Assembly (NCBI GenBank): GCA_964430265.1
Contig: CAYSEI010000002.1
Location: 20,769 to 84,768 of the forward strand
Length of the DNA stretch: 64,000 nt
Reading direction: 5' to 3'
DNA from: an uncultured Pseudomonadales bacterium
GTDB lineage: Bacteria; Patescibacteriota; Microgenomatia; UBA1400; CAYXSR01
Shown: piece after piece, positions 17,983-27,849 of the stretch
Layout of the letters: the number at the start of each line of letters is the position of its first letter
Position numbering within the stretch: position 1 is the first letter of the stretch
The notes under the pieces: model-generated
Told to the model about the DNA's origin: nothing
What the model saw: only the letters and a program-made list of their open reading frames with translations
The model's database searches: none
Program-made: the position numbers and the translations under genes

Positions 17983-19413
17983 TTAAGAGATACGTGGGAA
18001 AAGAGGCTTTTCAGGAGACTTTATTTGTTTTCCTGTAAACACTTTTACAATTTTTTCTGCTGTTTCAGGAAGAAAAATTTTTATTGCGGAGCTTAATTTT
18101 AGGATTTCTTCACTTAAAGATAATAACAATGTCTTCAACTCTTTTCCTTCTTTTTCCCATGGTTTTTGTTTGTCAATTCTTTTATCCAGTTTTTTTACAA
18201 TTTTCCAGGTTTCTGTAATGGCCTTGTTAAATTCATAACTTTCAATGTATTTTGAAACCTTATTTTCTGTAGTGTAATAATTATAAACTGGATCAATTCC
18301 CTTTAGTTTTGCAATCTGACAAAGTTTGGCAGTTCTTTGAACCAGGTTACCCAATCCATTGGCAAGATCGGCATTATATACTTCTTCAAAATGTTGATAT
18401 GTAAAATCTCCGTCCCTTGTAGGAGGAATTTCTTTAAGAAAATAATAGCGAACTGCGTCAGTTCCATATTTATCTACTAATTCTTTAGGACTAATCACGT
18501 TTCCCAAAGATTTACTCATTTTTTGTCCGTTTGAGTTAATGAATCCGTGAATTAGTATTTGTTTAGAATTCTTTAATCCGGCTGACATTAGCATTGCCTG
18601 CCAAATTGCGGATTGCTGTCTGAGATTGTCTTTTCCTGCAACTTGAAAAGCAGGCCACCATTTATTAAATTTATCCATATTTTCAGGCCAACCAATAGTG
18701 GAAATGTAGTTTACTAGTGCATCAAACCAGACATACATAACATGTTTAGGATCACCGGGGACCTCTATTCCCCAAGGCATTTTTTCTTTTAGGCGGGAGA
18801 TGGAAAAATCTTTTAACCCGGATTTTACAAATTTCGTAATCTCTTTTAAACGGTGTTGAGGAACCACAAATTCAGGATTTTCTTTATATAGTTCTAAAAG
18901 TTTATCTTCGTACTTTGAGAAGCGAAAAAAATAGTTTTCTTCTTTATAAATTTCAATTTCTTTATTAGGATGAAGAGGACAGCGCCCGTTTTTAAGTTCA
19001 GATTCTGTTTTTTCCATTTCACAGCCGACACAGTATTTAATTTTTTGTTTTGCTTTGTAAATATCACCTCTTTTTTTACAGATTTTCCAAAATTTTTTGG
19101 CAGCTTTTATGTGTTGTTTTTGTGTTGTTCTTATAAAATTATTAAAATCCAGATTAAGAAGCTTTTTTAGTTCTTTAAATTTTTGTGAATATTGGTCTAC
19201 AAATTCCTGCGGAGTCTGGTTTGCTTTTTCTGCTTTCCGAGTTATTTTAAGTCCGTGTTCGTCAGTTCCCGTATTAAAAAACACATTATTACCTTTTTCT
19301 TTATGGTATCTTGCCAGGACATCCGCTTGGATGATTTCTAGGGCAAAACCAATGTGGGGTTCTGCATTTACATAAGGAAGGGTAGTAGTAATATAATAAT
19401 TATTTTTACTCAT
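17983..19413 (-). CDS. metG: Methionine--tRNA ligase.
   Basis: HIGH-like PHIGFALE and KMSKSLGN motifs. The CxxC...C knuckle CVGCEME...CPLH. Confidence 0.9.
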   Translation of the reverse strand: MSKNNYYITTTLPYVNAEPHIGFALEIIQADVLARYHKEKGNNVFFNTGTDEHGLKITRKAEKANQTPQEFVDQYSQKFKELKKLLNLDFNNFIRTTQKQHIKAAKKFWKICKKRGDIYKAKQKIKYCVGCEMEKTESELKNGRCPLHPNKEIEIYKEENYFFRFSKYEDKLLELYKENPEFVVPQHRLKEITKFVKSGLKDFSISRLKEKMPWGIEVPGDPKHVMYVWFDALVNYISTIGWPENMDKFNKWWPAFQVAGKDNLRQQSAIWQAMLMSAGLKNSKQILIHGFINSNGQKMSKSLGNVISPKELVDKYGTDAVRYYFLKEIPPTRDGDFTYQHFEEVYNADLANGLGNLVQRTAKLCQIAKLKGIDPVYNYYTTENKVSKYIESYEFNKAITETWKIVKKLDKRIDKQKPWEKEGKELKTLLLSLSEEILKLSSAIKIFLPETAEKIVKVFTGKQIKSPEKPLFPRIS

Positions 19414-19781
19414 TTGTCTCTTTTTACTATTTTATCAACTGTTTTAGTAATTTTCTTAGCCCATTCTTCTGCCCAACGTTCTGTTCTGATTTTATCAATA
19501 GCTAATTGAAAGCCTTTTTCTTTTCTGATTTTTTCCACATTGGCAATTGTAGCGCTGGAAACCTTAAGTTCTTCTTCTATTTTTTCATAAGATGCATTGT
19601 TTTCCAAATAAACTGCTATTGCCAGTCTTTTTGCGAGATTTAAAAGTTCGGTCTCAGTAAAAAAAGACTGCATGAATTTTTTTGCTTCAATGGATGAATT
19701 TAAGTCCGCTATTAACTGAAAAAGGGTATGATAAATGTAATCTTTAGTTTGTTGATCAACCTTTTTTTTAGAAATTTGCAT
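19410..19781 (-). CDS. TrpR-like (YerC/YecD family) small DNA-binding protein.
   Basis: Its length (123 aa) and the helix-turn-helix region LKVSSATIANVEKIRKE resemble Trp-repressor-family YerC proteins. It overlaps the metG start by 4 nt. Confidence 0.45.
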   Translation of the reverse strand: MQISKKKVDQQTKDYIYHTLFQLIADLNSSIEAKKFMQSFFTETELLNLAKRLAIAVYLENNASYEKIEEELKVSSATIANVEKIRKEKGFQLAIDKIRTERWAEEWAKKITKTVDKIVKRDK

Positions 19782-19880
19782 AAAAACCTCCCCAACGGAC
19801 AGGCTTTAAATAAATAAACAGAAAACTTTAATTATTTAAATTAATTTATCAAAATATTACTTTAATTTCAATCTAGATAC

Positions 19881-20219
19881 TTAGTTATTTGTTTGATTAA
19901 AGTAGACTTCCAAAGCAATTATTGCGGCCAATATTAAAATTAAATTGAGAGGATTTCCCAATCCTTGACTTTGTAATACTAGATAAAAGATTATACCGCT
20001 GGTAATAATTAGACTGTGTTTTGAATCAGCCAAAATAATAGCAATTGTGAAAAAAAGAGCCAAAAAAAGATTGAGAAAAAATAAAAAGTAGGAATTTGGC
20101 AGAATCAGATTTTTTATAGTTTCTGGTTCTACAAAAAAAATCATAAAAACCTGTAAAGTCCAAAAAAGAAGAATTAAAATTAGTGTTCCTAAAAAATTCT
20201 TTCTTTTTGTATTACGCAT
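19881..20219 (-). CDS. Small membrane protein (3 TM), unknown function.
   Basis: Hydrophobicity only. Confidence 0.35.
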   Translation of the reverse strand: MRNTKRKNFLGTLILILLFWTLQVFMIFFVEPETIKNLILPNSYFLFFLNLFLALFFTIAIILADSKHSLIITSGIIFYLVLQSQGLGNPLNLILILAAIIALEVYFNQTNN

Positions 20220-21266
20220 TTAATTAATAAAAGGGATTTTCTTTTTTAGGTCCAGCCATTTCCAACGCAAATTGTTGAGGGTTGTATAAATTTGGTATTT
20301 TGCCGGGTCCAAAATTAGGTCATAAGTACCCACAAATTCAATTAATTGAGGCTGATAGCCTTCTTTAAAACGGTGAAACCCATACCATGGATGGTCAGGG
20401 TCGGGATTAGGTCCAAGACTGCCCCACATGTCAAAGGTATGGCAGCCGATCTTTTTACCATATTTTATTACTTCCCACATCATTAGGTTAGACGGCATTT
20501 TTTTTCTATGTTTTCTGGAAGAGGCTCCATAAGGATAATAAATTACATTATTAAAAACAAAAATAACCCAAGTAACAACAGTTTCCCCTTCACATACTGC
20601 TTTAAAAAGTCGAGCAATTCCTTTTGGTTGTAATGTTTCCCACATTTGTTTATGATATTTTTGATTGTGAGCATAAAAACCTTGTCTGGATGTAGTTTTG
20701 CCCATTAGTTTTAAATATTCTTCAAAGGCTTGATCTGAATTATCTTCAACAATCTTAACACCGTTTCTTTTGGCATAGCGGACGTTGTAGCGTGTTTTTG
20801 ATTTCATATCCATCAAAATTTCTTCTTTGTCTTTAGTTAAATCAATTTGGAAAGTATAGTGTGTAAAATGAGGTCTGCCTTTTACAGCTCCTTGTTTCTT
20901 AAAAAATTTTTGGGTTTCTTCGAATTCAGGATTTGTTTGTTTTTGATCAGCAGGCTTGCCTATGTTTGGTTCAAATTTATAAAAAATACAACTTTCCTCA
21001 TTGCCTATTTTTTTTAATGCATTGATAAAATTTTCATTTATGGCATTGCATTTAGGAACATAAGCGATCTGATAATCAACTTTTGGTAGCGGGTGTAATG
21101 TAAACTGCAAACCATTTACGATTTTATCGTTTTCAAAAGCACCCAGTCTAATTGGCATAACACCGGTCTTTTTCCTGAATTCACCCCATTCCCAAGTTTG
21201 CAATGGATGATTAACAGTTTGATTAAAAGCTTCTTTTTCTTCTGGATAAATTTTGCGGACAATCAT
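20220..21266 (-). CDS. FemAB-family aminoacyltransferase (peptidoglycan interpeptide bridge formation).
   Basis: The N-terminal Q.WEWGEFRK and the C-terminal YYPYGASSRKHRK...MWEVIKYGKKIGCHTFDMWG match FemABX signatures. Confidence 0.65.
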   Translation of the reverse strand: MIVRKIYPEEKEAFNQTVNHPLQTWEWGEFRKKTGVMPIRLGAFENDKIVNGLQFTLHPLPKVDYQIAYVPKCNAINENFINALKKIGNEESCIFYKFEPNIGKPADQKQTNPEFEETQKFFKKQGAVKGRPHFTHYTFQIDLTKDKEEILMDMKSKTRYNVRYAKRNGVKIVEDNSDQAFEEYLKLMGKTTSRQGFYAHNQKYHKQMWETLQPKGIARLFKAVCEGETVVTWVIFVFNNVIYYPYGASSRKHRKKMPSNLMMWEVIKYGKKIGCHTFDMWGSLGPNPDPDHPWYGFHRFKEGYQPQLIEFVGTYDLILDPAKYQIYTTLNNLRWKWLDLKKKIPFIN

Positions 21267-21288
21267 ATTTATTTGATTTTAACAAGCT

Positions 21289-23106
21289 TTAAAAAAGAAA
21301 ACTAGGGTTTTCCGCCAGTTCCAGTAATTCGGGAGGTATTTCGCTGACAAACCTTGAGATTTGATTATATGTGCGGGAGCCGAAATATAGACGGTTTTGA
21401 GTATAGGTCAAAAATAGTTTTTTTCTGGCTCTAGTCATTCCTACATAACAAAGCCTTCTTTCTTCTTCGAGTTCCTCTTTATTTTTCATTGAACGTGAAT
21501 GGGGAAAAAGTCCTTCTTCCATTCCAACAATAAAAACAATATCAAATTCCAAGCCTTTAGCTGAATGCAGGGTCATTAACTTAATAGGCTCTTCTTTTTC
21601 GTTATGTTTGTCTGGAAAATATTGATTTTGTACTAAAGAAACATTTTCCAGAAAACTTTGTAGATCCGGAAATTCTATTGCTACAGATAGAAGTTCTTTA
21701 ATATTTTCAATACGAGAGTAATCTTCACTATCTTCAGGATCATATAAATCCCAATAACCGGATTTTTTCAAAACTTGATCCAGTATCTGATAAGTTTCAA
21801 TTTCTTTGTCATTGTCAATCAATTGCTTGCGAAACTTCTTGAATTTTTTAAATCTTCTTTTACCAAGTTTTTCAATTCGTTCATGCGAAACTGTATCTTT
21901 TGGATTAGCTATCAAGCGCAAATAGGCAATACAATCTTTTATTTCTTTTCTTTCATAAAAGCCGAAGCCGCCTACTAAAGAATAAGGGATGCTGTAGCGC
22001 AAGAAAGCTTCTTCTAAAGGTCGAGATTGAGCATTTGTTCGATAAAGAATTGCAATGGAAGGTTGATTATGAGTCTCACGTAATCTGTTTATTTTTTGAA
22101 TTATGAACTCTGCTTCTTTTTTTTCATTGCGTGCTTCATGGAGTTTGATCTTTTCACCGGTATTTTTATTGGTCCAAAGTTTTAAAATTGGATGTGTAGT
22201 GTTTTTATTGATTACTGCATAGGCAGCATCCAAAATGTTTTGTGTAGAACGGTAATTTCTTTCTAAATTGATTGTTTCCAAATTGGGAAAGTCTTTGTGT
22301 AATCTATTTAAATTTCGGTAATCAGCTCCGCGCCAGGCATAAATTGATTGGGAAGCATCTCCTACAACCGTGAGATTTTTCCATTTTTTTGCCAGAAGCT
22401 TTGTTAGACGGTATTGTGCTTGATTTGTGTCTTGATATTCATCAACTAAAATCCAGCGATATTGATTTTGGTATTTTCTTAGAACCTGGTCTTTTTGCTG
22501 AAAAAGTTTGACAGTTTTAAAAAGTAAATCACCAAAATCAAGCGCATTACTTTTTTTTAGTGCTTTTTGATATTGAAGGTATATTTTTGCAACTTCCTCT
22601 TCAAAGCCGGAAGAGACAAATTGTGGATATTCAAGTTCGGAAACTAATTCATTTTTGGCGGCGTTTATCATATACAAGATTTTTGAAGGGTTGTATTTTC
22701 TGGTAGAAAGATCCATTTGCTTAATAATTTGTTTCATCAATGCTTTTTGGTCATTGGTATCATAAATTACAAAGGAAGGTGGAATATCAATATTTTTTCC
22801 GTCTTTTCTCAAAATTCTTGCACCTAAGGCATGAAAAGTAGAAGCCAAGGGTGGTTTTTTTACCTTTTCTTTAACAATAATTCTTTTAATGCGTTCCTTC
22901 ATTTCACCCGCAGCTTTATTAGTAAAAGTTACCAAAAGAATTTGATTAGGATTGATTTCTTTTTCCAACACAAGCCAGACTGCACGATAAGTTAAAGTAC
23001 GGGTTTTGCCGCTACCGGCGCCTGCAAGAATAGAAAGAGGACCTTCACCGTAGGTGACTGCTTTTTTCTGTTCTTGGTTCAATTCTTTCAAAAGGTCTAG
23101 GGCCAT
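21289..23106 (-). CDS. uvrD: UvrD/PcrA/Rep-family SF1 DNA helicase (compact, 605 aa).
   Basis: Walker A GAGSGKTRTL. DEYQDTN, VGDASQSIYAWRGA, YRST and VGMTRARKKL motifs. Confidence 0.85.
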   Translation of the reverse strand: MALDLLKELNQEQKKAVTYGEGPLSILAGAGSGKTRTLTYRAVWLVLEKEINPNQILLVTFTNKAAGEMKERIKRIIVKEKVKKPPLASTFHALGARILRKDGKNIDIPPSFVIYDTNDQKALMKQIIKQMDLSTRKYNPSKILYMINAAKNELVSELEYPQFVSSGFEEEVAKIYLQYQKALKKSNALDFGDLLFKTVKLFQQKDQVLRKYQNQYRWILVDEYQDTNQAQYRLTKLLAKKWKNLTVVGDASQSIYAWRGADYRNLNRLHKDFPNLETINLERNYRSTQNILDAAYAVINKNTTHPILKLWTNKNTGEKIKLHEARNEKKEAEFIIQKINRLRETHNQPSIAILYRTNAQSRPLEEAFLRYSIPYSLVGGFGFYERKEIKDCIAYLRLIANPKDTVSHERIEKLGKRRFKKFKKFRKQLIDNDKEIETYQILDQVLKKSGYWDLYDPEDSEDYSRIENIKELLSVAIEFPDLQSFLENVSLVQNQYFPDKHNEKEEPIKLMTLHSAKGLEFDIVFIVGMEEGLFPHSRSMKNKEELEEERRLCYVGMTRARKKLFLTYTQNRLYFGSRTYNQISRFVSEIPPELLELAENPSFLF

Positions 23107-23146
23107 GTTAAAATCATAACGTAAAAGAATTAATCACTCAACAACA

Positions 23147-24175
23147 ATGTTTGGTAAAAAAAATAAAAGTTTAATTTATATTATCTTAGCAATTATCCTC
23201 ATCCCTCTTTTCTATTTAGGAGGACGTTTTTTATACAAAAAAATAAAAGCACCACAATTGGCTTATTCAATCATCTCTGCTGATACTTCTGTTTTGGCAT
23301 CTGACGATAACCATACTAATTTTTTAATTTTAGGCACAGGCGGAGAAAATCATACATCGGGTGATTTAACAGACACTATTATTTTTACATCGATAAATAT
23401 TAAAACAGCAGATGTTGTGATGTTATCAATTCCTCGAGATATATGGTTAAAATCTTTGAAAGCAAAAATTAATACTGCTTATCATTATGGAAATGAAAGA
23501 GGTGAGGGATTTGAATTAATAAAAGAATCCATAAAAGAAATTACGGGACAGCCTGTTCATTATTCGGTTTTAATTGATTTTCAAGGGTTTGTTGAATTAA
23601 TAGATTTATTAAATGGGATTGAAGTTGACGTGGAAAACAGCTTTGACGACTACAAATATCCAGTTCCGGGAAAAGAAAATGCGGACTGTAACGGTGATCC
23701 GGAGTATCAGTGTCGCTATCAACACCTGCATTTTGAAAAAGGATTACAGCATATGGATGGTAAAAGAGCGCTGAAGTTTGTACGTTCGCGCAATGCAGAA
23801 GGAGATGAAGGGACAGATTTTGCCCGCAGTAAAAGGCAGCAAAAAGTAATGCTGGCAATCAAAAAGAAAATCTTGTCCTATAAAACTTTATTAAATCCAC
23901 AAAAGCTTTTGGAAATCAAAAAGAATTATGAAAAAAACGTCAAAATAGAACCACAACTAGATGAAAAGGAAATGGGTGCTTTAGTATCTCTTTTTAGAAA
24001 ATTTACCAAAGAGAATAAAGACTTGCAAACAGTAAACTTAGATACAGGAACGGAAGAGAATCCGGGCTTTTTAATCAATCCTCCAATTGAAGAATATGAA
24101 CAATGGGTTTTGGTTCCCCGCAGTGGAAATTGGAAAAATTTTCATCGAGAAATAGAAGAAAAAATTTTTCAGTAG
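23147..24175 (+). CDS. LytR-CpsA-Psr (LCP) family cell-wall glycopolymer phosphotransferase.
   Basis: An N-terminal TM anchor. DTIIFTSIN...VMLSIPRD...VHYSVLIDFQGF...ALKFVRSR motifs. Confidence 0.8.
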   Translation: MFGKKNKSLIYIILAIILIPLFYLGGRFLYKKIKAPQLAYSIISADTSVLASDDNHTNFLILGTGGENHTSGDLTDTIIFTSINIKTADVVMLSIPRDIWLKSLKAKINTAYHYGNERGEGFELIKESIKEITGQPVHYSVLIDFQGFVELIDLLNGIEVDVENSFDDYKYPVPGKENADCNGDPEYQCRYQHLHFEKGLQHMDGKRALKFVRSRNAEGDEGTDFARSKRQQKVMLAIKKKILSYKTLLNPQKLLEIKKNYEKNVKIEPQLDEKEMGALVSLFRKFTKENKDLQTVNLDTGTEENPGFLINPPIEEYEQWVLVPRSGNWKNFHREIEEKIFQ

Positions 24176-24193
24176 AGAAAAACAAAATTACAA

Positions 24194-25129
24194 ATGGCGA
24201 AAAACAAAAGAAAAATAGATTTTATTGGAATTGGTGCGCCGCGCAGTGGTTCTACATGGCTGGCTCAATGCTTATATGAACATCCAGAGATTGAATTTCC
24301 CGGCAAAAATACTGCAAAAAAACTGCATCCTTTTGATAAGGAAATAAATTTTTTTTGTGAAACTCTTTTAAGAAGCAGTTATTCACAGAAAAATCGTTAT
24401 TCAAAAGGAATTGATTGGTATCTTAATTTATTTGATTGGAAAAATACTGAAAGAATAAGGGGAGAGTTTAGTGTAGGGTACTTTGCTGATAAAAAAGCTC
24501 CTAAAAGAATAAAAAAGCATTTTCCTAAAATTAAACTAATAGCTATTTTGAGAAATCCCGTTGAAATGGTGTATTCAATTTATCATCATCTTTGTGCTTT
24601 AGTACACACAGAAATGCCTAAGAATTTTGAAACAGCTCTAGAGCAAGAAAAATATAAAAAATTACGTCTGCATTGGGGATTGTATTACAAACAACTTTCA
24701 TATTATTTAAAGTTTTTTGACCAAGATCAGTTTTGTATTGTTTTATTGGATGACGTGAAAAAAAGTCCTAAAAAAGTTGTGCAGCAAGTATATTCATTTT
24801 TAAACGTTGAATCTGATTTTCAACCTTCGGTTTTAACGCAAAAAGAAAATCAAGCTGTGAGGCCTAATTCAAAAATCTTACAAAGAGTTGGTTATAAAAT
24901 GCTAAAAGCTACAGAGAAGCTAGGGTTTAAAAGTGTTCACAACGAATTAAGCAGAAATAGGTTTCTTAAATACATTTACAACAGATATAATCTTAAAAAA
25001 CACAAATATCCTCATTTAAAATTTCAAACAAGAAAAAAACTTTTTAAATACTATAAAAAAGATATTGAAAAACTTGAAGTATTATTAGATCGTTCGTTAA
25101 ACGATTGGCTAAAATATAAAACAAATTAG
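24194..25129 (+). CDS. PAPS-dependent sulfotransferase family protein.
   Basis: 5'-PSB motif GAPRSGSTWL. 3'-PB-like LRNPVEMVYSIYHH. Confidence 0.8.
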   Translation: MAKNKRKIDFIGIGAPRSGSTWLAQCLYEHPEIEFPGKNTAKKLHPFDKEINFFCETLLRSSYSQKNRYSKGIDWYLNLFDWKNTERIRGEFSVGYFADKKAPKRIKKHFPKIKLIAILRNPVEMVYSIYHHLCALVHTEMPKNFETALEQEKYKKLRLHWGLYYKQLSYYLKFFDQDQFCIVLLDDVKKSPKKVVQQVYSFLNVESDFQPSVLTQKENQAVRPNSKILQRVGYKMLKATEKLGFKSVHNELSRNRFLKYIYNRYNLKKHKYPHLKFQTRKKLFKYYKKDIEKLEVLLDRSLNDWLKYKTN

Positions 25130-25139
25130 AAAGGGAAAT

Positions 25140-26333
25140 TTGTTTGCAGAAATAATAATATTTATAAGCGTCTTTTTTATTTATTATATTTTAGGCAATA
25201 ATATTAATACAGGCCACGATTTTTTTGTTCCTCTTGCAGAGGCTTTTTTAAAAGGACGGCTTTATGTTAATAAAATGGCTTATGAGTTACACGAAATGGT
25301 CTCACTGGAGGAAGTAAAAACAGGGATATATAAACAGGTTGCTGACGGAAGCAAAGGAATTTTTTATGTTATTTATCCGCCAATGCCGGCAATTTTATTG
25401 ATGCCTCTTGTTTTAATTTGGGGTCAAGATTTTAACCAAAGCCTTTTTTCCATGCTTATTTGTTCTTTGAGTTCAGTTTTTGCTTTTAGACTTTTTAAAT
25501 CACTCAATTTAAGCATAAAAAAAAGCTTTTGGCTCTTAGCTCTTTTAGTCTTTGGATCAATGCAGTGGTATCACGGAACAATAGGATCCTCTTGGTATCT
25601 TTCTTTGGCATGCGCAATGCTTTTTTTATGGATAGCAATTAGTCTGACCCTAAAAAATAAATCACTTATTTTAATTGGTTTATTTTTAGGATTTGCATAT
25701 TTATCTAGGTTTTCCGTTATATTAAGCTTTCCTTTTTTCTTGATTAACACTCAAAAATTTTGGTTTAAGAAAAAAGGATTTAAAATTAAGCCATTACTTA
25801 TGTTTTTTTCGGGAATATTTTTATGTTTAGCTATTTCTTTTTTATACAATTATTTGCGTTATGGAACAATCTGGCATATTGGATATCACTTACTTGAAAA
25901 ACGTTGGTACAATATTGCAAATGAATATGCAGACGGTTCATATAGTCTGAGTTATTGGCCTCGTCACATCAAAGCTTTATTCTGGAGTTTTCCGCATAAA
26001 ATTAATGGATTTCCCTTTTTTGAACCCAATTATCATTCAATGGCAATTTGGATAGTTATGCCGGCTGTGATTTTGGCATTTTGGGCTCCCTTTAAGAAAA
26101 AGATTGTTTGGAGTAGCTGGTTAGTAATTATTTTAATTGCCTTATCACATTTTTTTCACGGCGGAGTTGGTGCAACTCAATTTGGATATCGATATGCAAT
26201 GGATTACTTTCCATTTTTATTCATTCTTTTTGTGCAGGCAATAAAAAAGAAATTTTACTGGTGGCAAAAAGTATTGATTATATTGAGTATTATTATTAAT
26301 TTGTGGGGCGTATATTTTAGTTTCTGGAGATGA
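25140..26333 (+). CDS. Polytopic membrane protein, probable GT-C-like glycosyltransferase or accessory protein.
   Basis: About 10 TM segments. It sits in the GT-C array. No diagnostic motif was recognised. Confidence 0.4.
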   Translation: MFAEIIIFISVFFIYYILGNNINTGHDFFVPLAEAFLKGRLYVNKMAYELHEMVSLEEVKTGIYKQVADGSKGIFYVIYPPMPAILLMPLVLIWGQDFNQSLFSMLICSLSSVFAFRLFKSLNLSIKKSFWLLALLVFGSMQWYHGTIGSSWYLSLACAMLFLWIAISLTLKNKSLILIGLFLGFAYLSRFSVILSFPFFLINTQKFWFKKKGFKIKPLLMFFSGIFLCLAISFLYNYLRYGTIWHIGYHLLEKRWYNIANEYADGSYSLSYWPRHIKALFWSFPHKINGFPFFEPNYHSMAIWIVMPAVILAFWAPFKKKIVWSSWLVIILIALSHFFHGGVGATQFGYRYAMDYFPFLFILFVQAIKKKFYWWQKVLIILSIIINLWGVYFSFWR

Positions 26334-27835
26334 AAATAAACTACAAATATTTAACTTTTGAAGTGCTAATTCTAATTTTAATTCTTGGATTACCTTTGTT
26401 GCTAATGTATCAGAGTATAGGCAAAAAAGGACCAACAATTGATGAACAAAATACATATATTCCAATAGTAGAAAATTTAATTCAAGGAAATAAATATTAA
26501 AATATATCCAAGAGCTATTTTCATCCACCATTGTCTTTTTATATTTCCTCTTTGACCTCTAAAATTTTTAAAACAAAAACATCTAGAATTACAATGTTGT
26601 CTGTTTTTATAACATTAGGAGTATTTTTTTTCTATGTTTCTAAGGCTAGCTTTAATAAGCTAACGGCTTTTTTATTATTGTTAATATATGCTTGGTTTCC
26701 GGAAATTTTAGCTCATTCTCGCTTAATAACGCCTGATATGACATTAGCATGTACGACTTTTATTTATCTTTATTTCTTATATTTGCTTTTGCAAAAGCAA
26801 AACTGGAAAAGAACTTTGTTTACGGGGCTAAGTTTAGGACTGGCTTTTATAAGTAAATATACAGCTTTAATGTTGATCCCTATCTCTTTATTATTACTTT
26901 TTGTAAATTTAATAAAACCCAAAAACAATATAAAAATGAAAATTTTTAGTTTGTTTGTAGTAATAATAACTGCTTTGTTTGTTATTAATTTCAGTTATAA
27001 TTTTCAGCAAAGTTTTTCTTTACCTGAATTTGAAAGTAGAACTTTTCAAAGATTAGAATCAAATCTTATAACTAATAAATTATTAAAAACAACACCATCT
27101 TTATATTTAAAAGGCTTAGATTTTCAACTTTATCAGTCAAGTTTGGATAATAGAAGAAATTTTTTTATGCAGCAAAGATCGTCCAAAGGAATTCCTCAAT
27201 ATTTTATTGGAACTTTTTTATTTAAAACTCCTTTACCGCTGTTAATTTTATTCTCAGCTAATATTTTATTTATAATTTTTATAAGTAAGGAAAAAAACTC
27301 TTTGCATTTTTTAATTCCGGTTTTGTTCTTTTTTGTTTACTTTAGTTTTTTTAATAATTTAAATATTGGTTTTCGTTACTTACTGATGATTTATCCATTA
27401 CTTATTTTTAGTTTAGGGGAATTTTTTGATTACATTTGCAAACAAAAAAAACAAATTTTTAAAATTATTCTTTTTTTATTGATAGCTTGGAATATATTAG
27501 AAACAATCAAAATACACCCTCATTATTTAGCTTATGCTAATCAATTAGCAGGAGGACCTCAAAATGGATATAAAATTTGGGCAGATTCTTCATTAGACTG
27601 GTTTCAAGACAATGATGCTTTTGGTAGATATTTAGACAAGAAACAGATTGATATCCCAATTGATCCACAACATCCTATTTTAGGAAAATTTGCTGTAAGT
27701 GTTTTTTCAATGAATAAAGAGAATTATTACGAATATCAGTGGTTAAGAGATTTAGAAAAAAAGCCTGTTGATCAATATGGATATACATGGTTAATTTTTG
27801 ATATAACAAAAGAAGATTTAGGGAAAATAGATTAA
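26330..27835 (+). pseudogene. GT-C (ArnT/PMT_2-like) glycosyltransferase gene interrupted by a single in-frame TAA at 26498-26500. It is either a pseudogene, a sequencing error or a recoding site.
   Basis: A 56-aa upstream ORF (MKINYKYLTFEVLILILILGLPLLLMYQSIGKKGPTIDEQNTYIPIVENLIQGNKY) lies in the same frame as the 26531 ORF. Reading through the TAA gives ...GNKY*NISKSYFHPPLSFY..., which restores the canonical TM1, DE-loop and HPPL N-terminus of GT-C enzymes. The ATG at 26330 overlaps the upstream TGA stop (ATGA). Confidence 0.55.
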
Positions 27836-27849
27836 ATAAATACTAATAA

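Noticed and set aside
26217-26531. 104-aa minus-strand ORF between GT-C genes.
   Set aside because: It lies opposite the reconstructed N-terminus of the interrupted GT-C gene and has Asn/Tyr-rich low-complexity composition.
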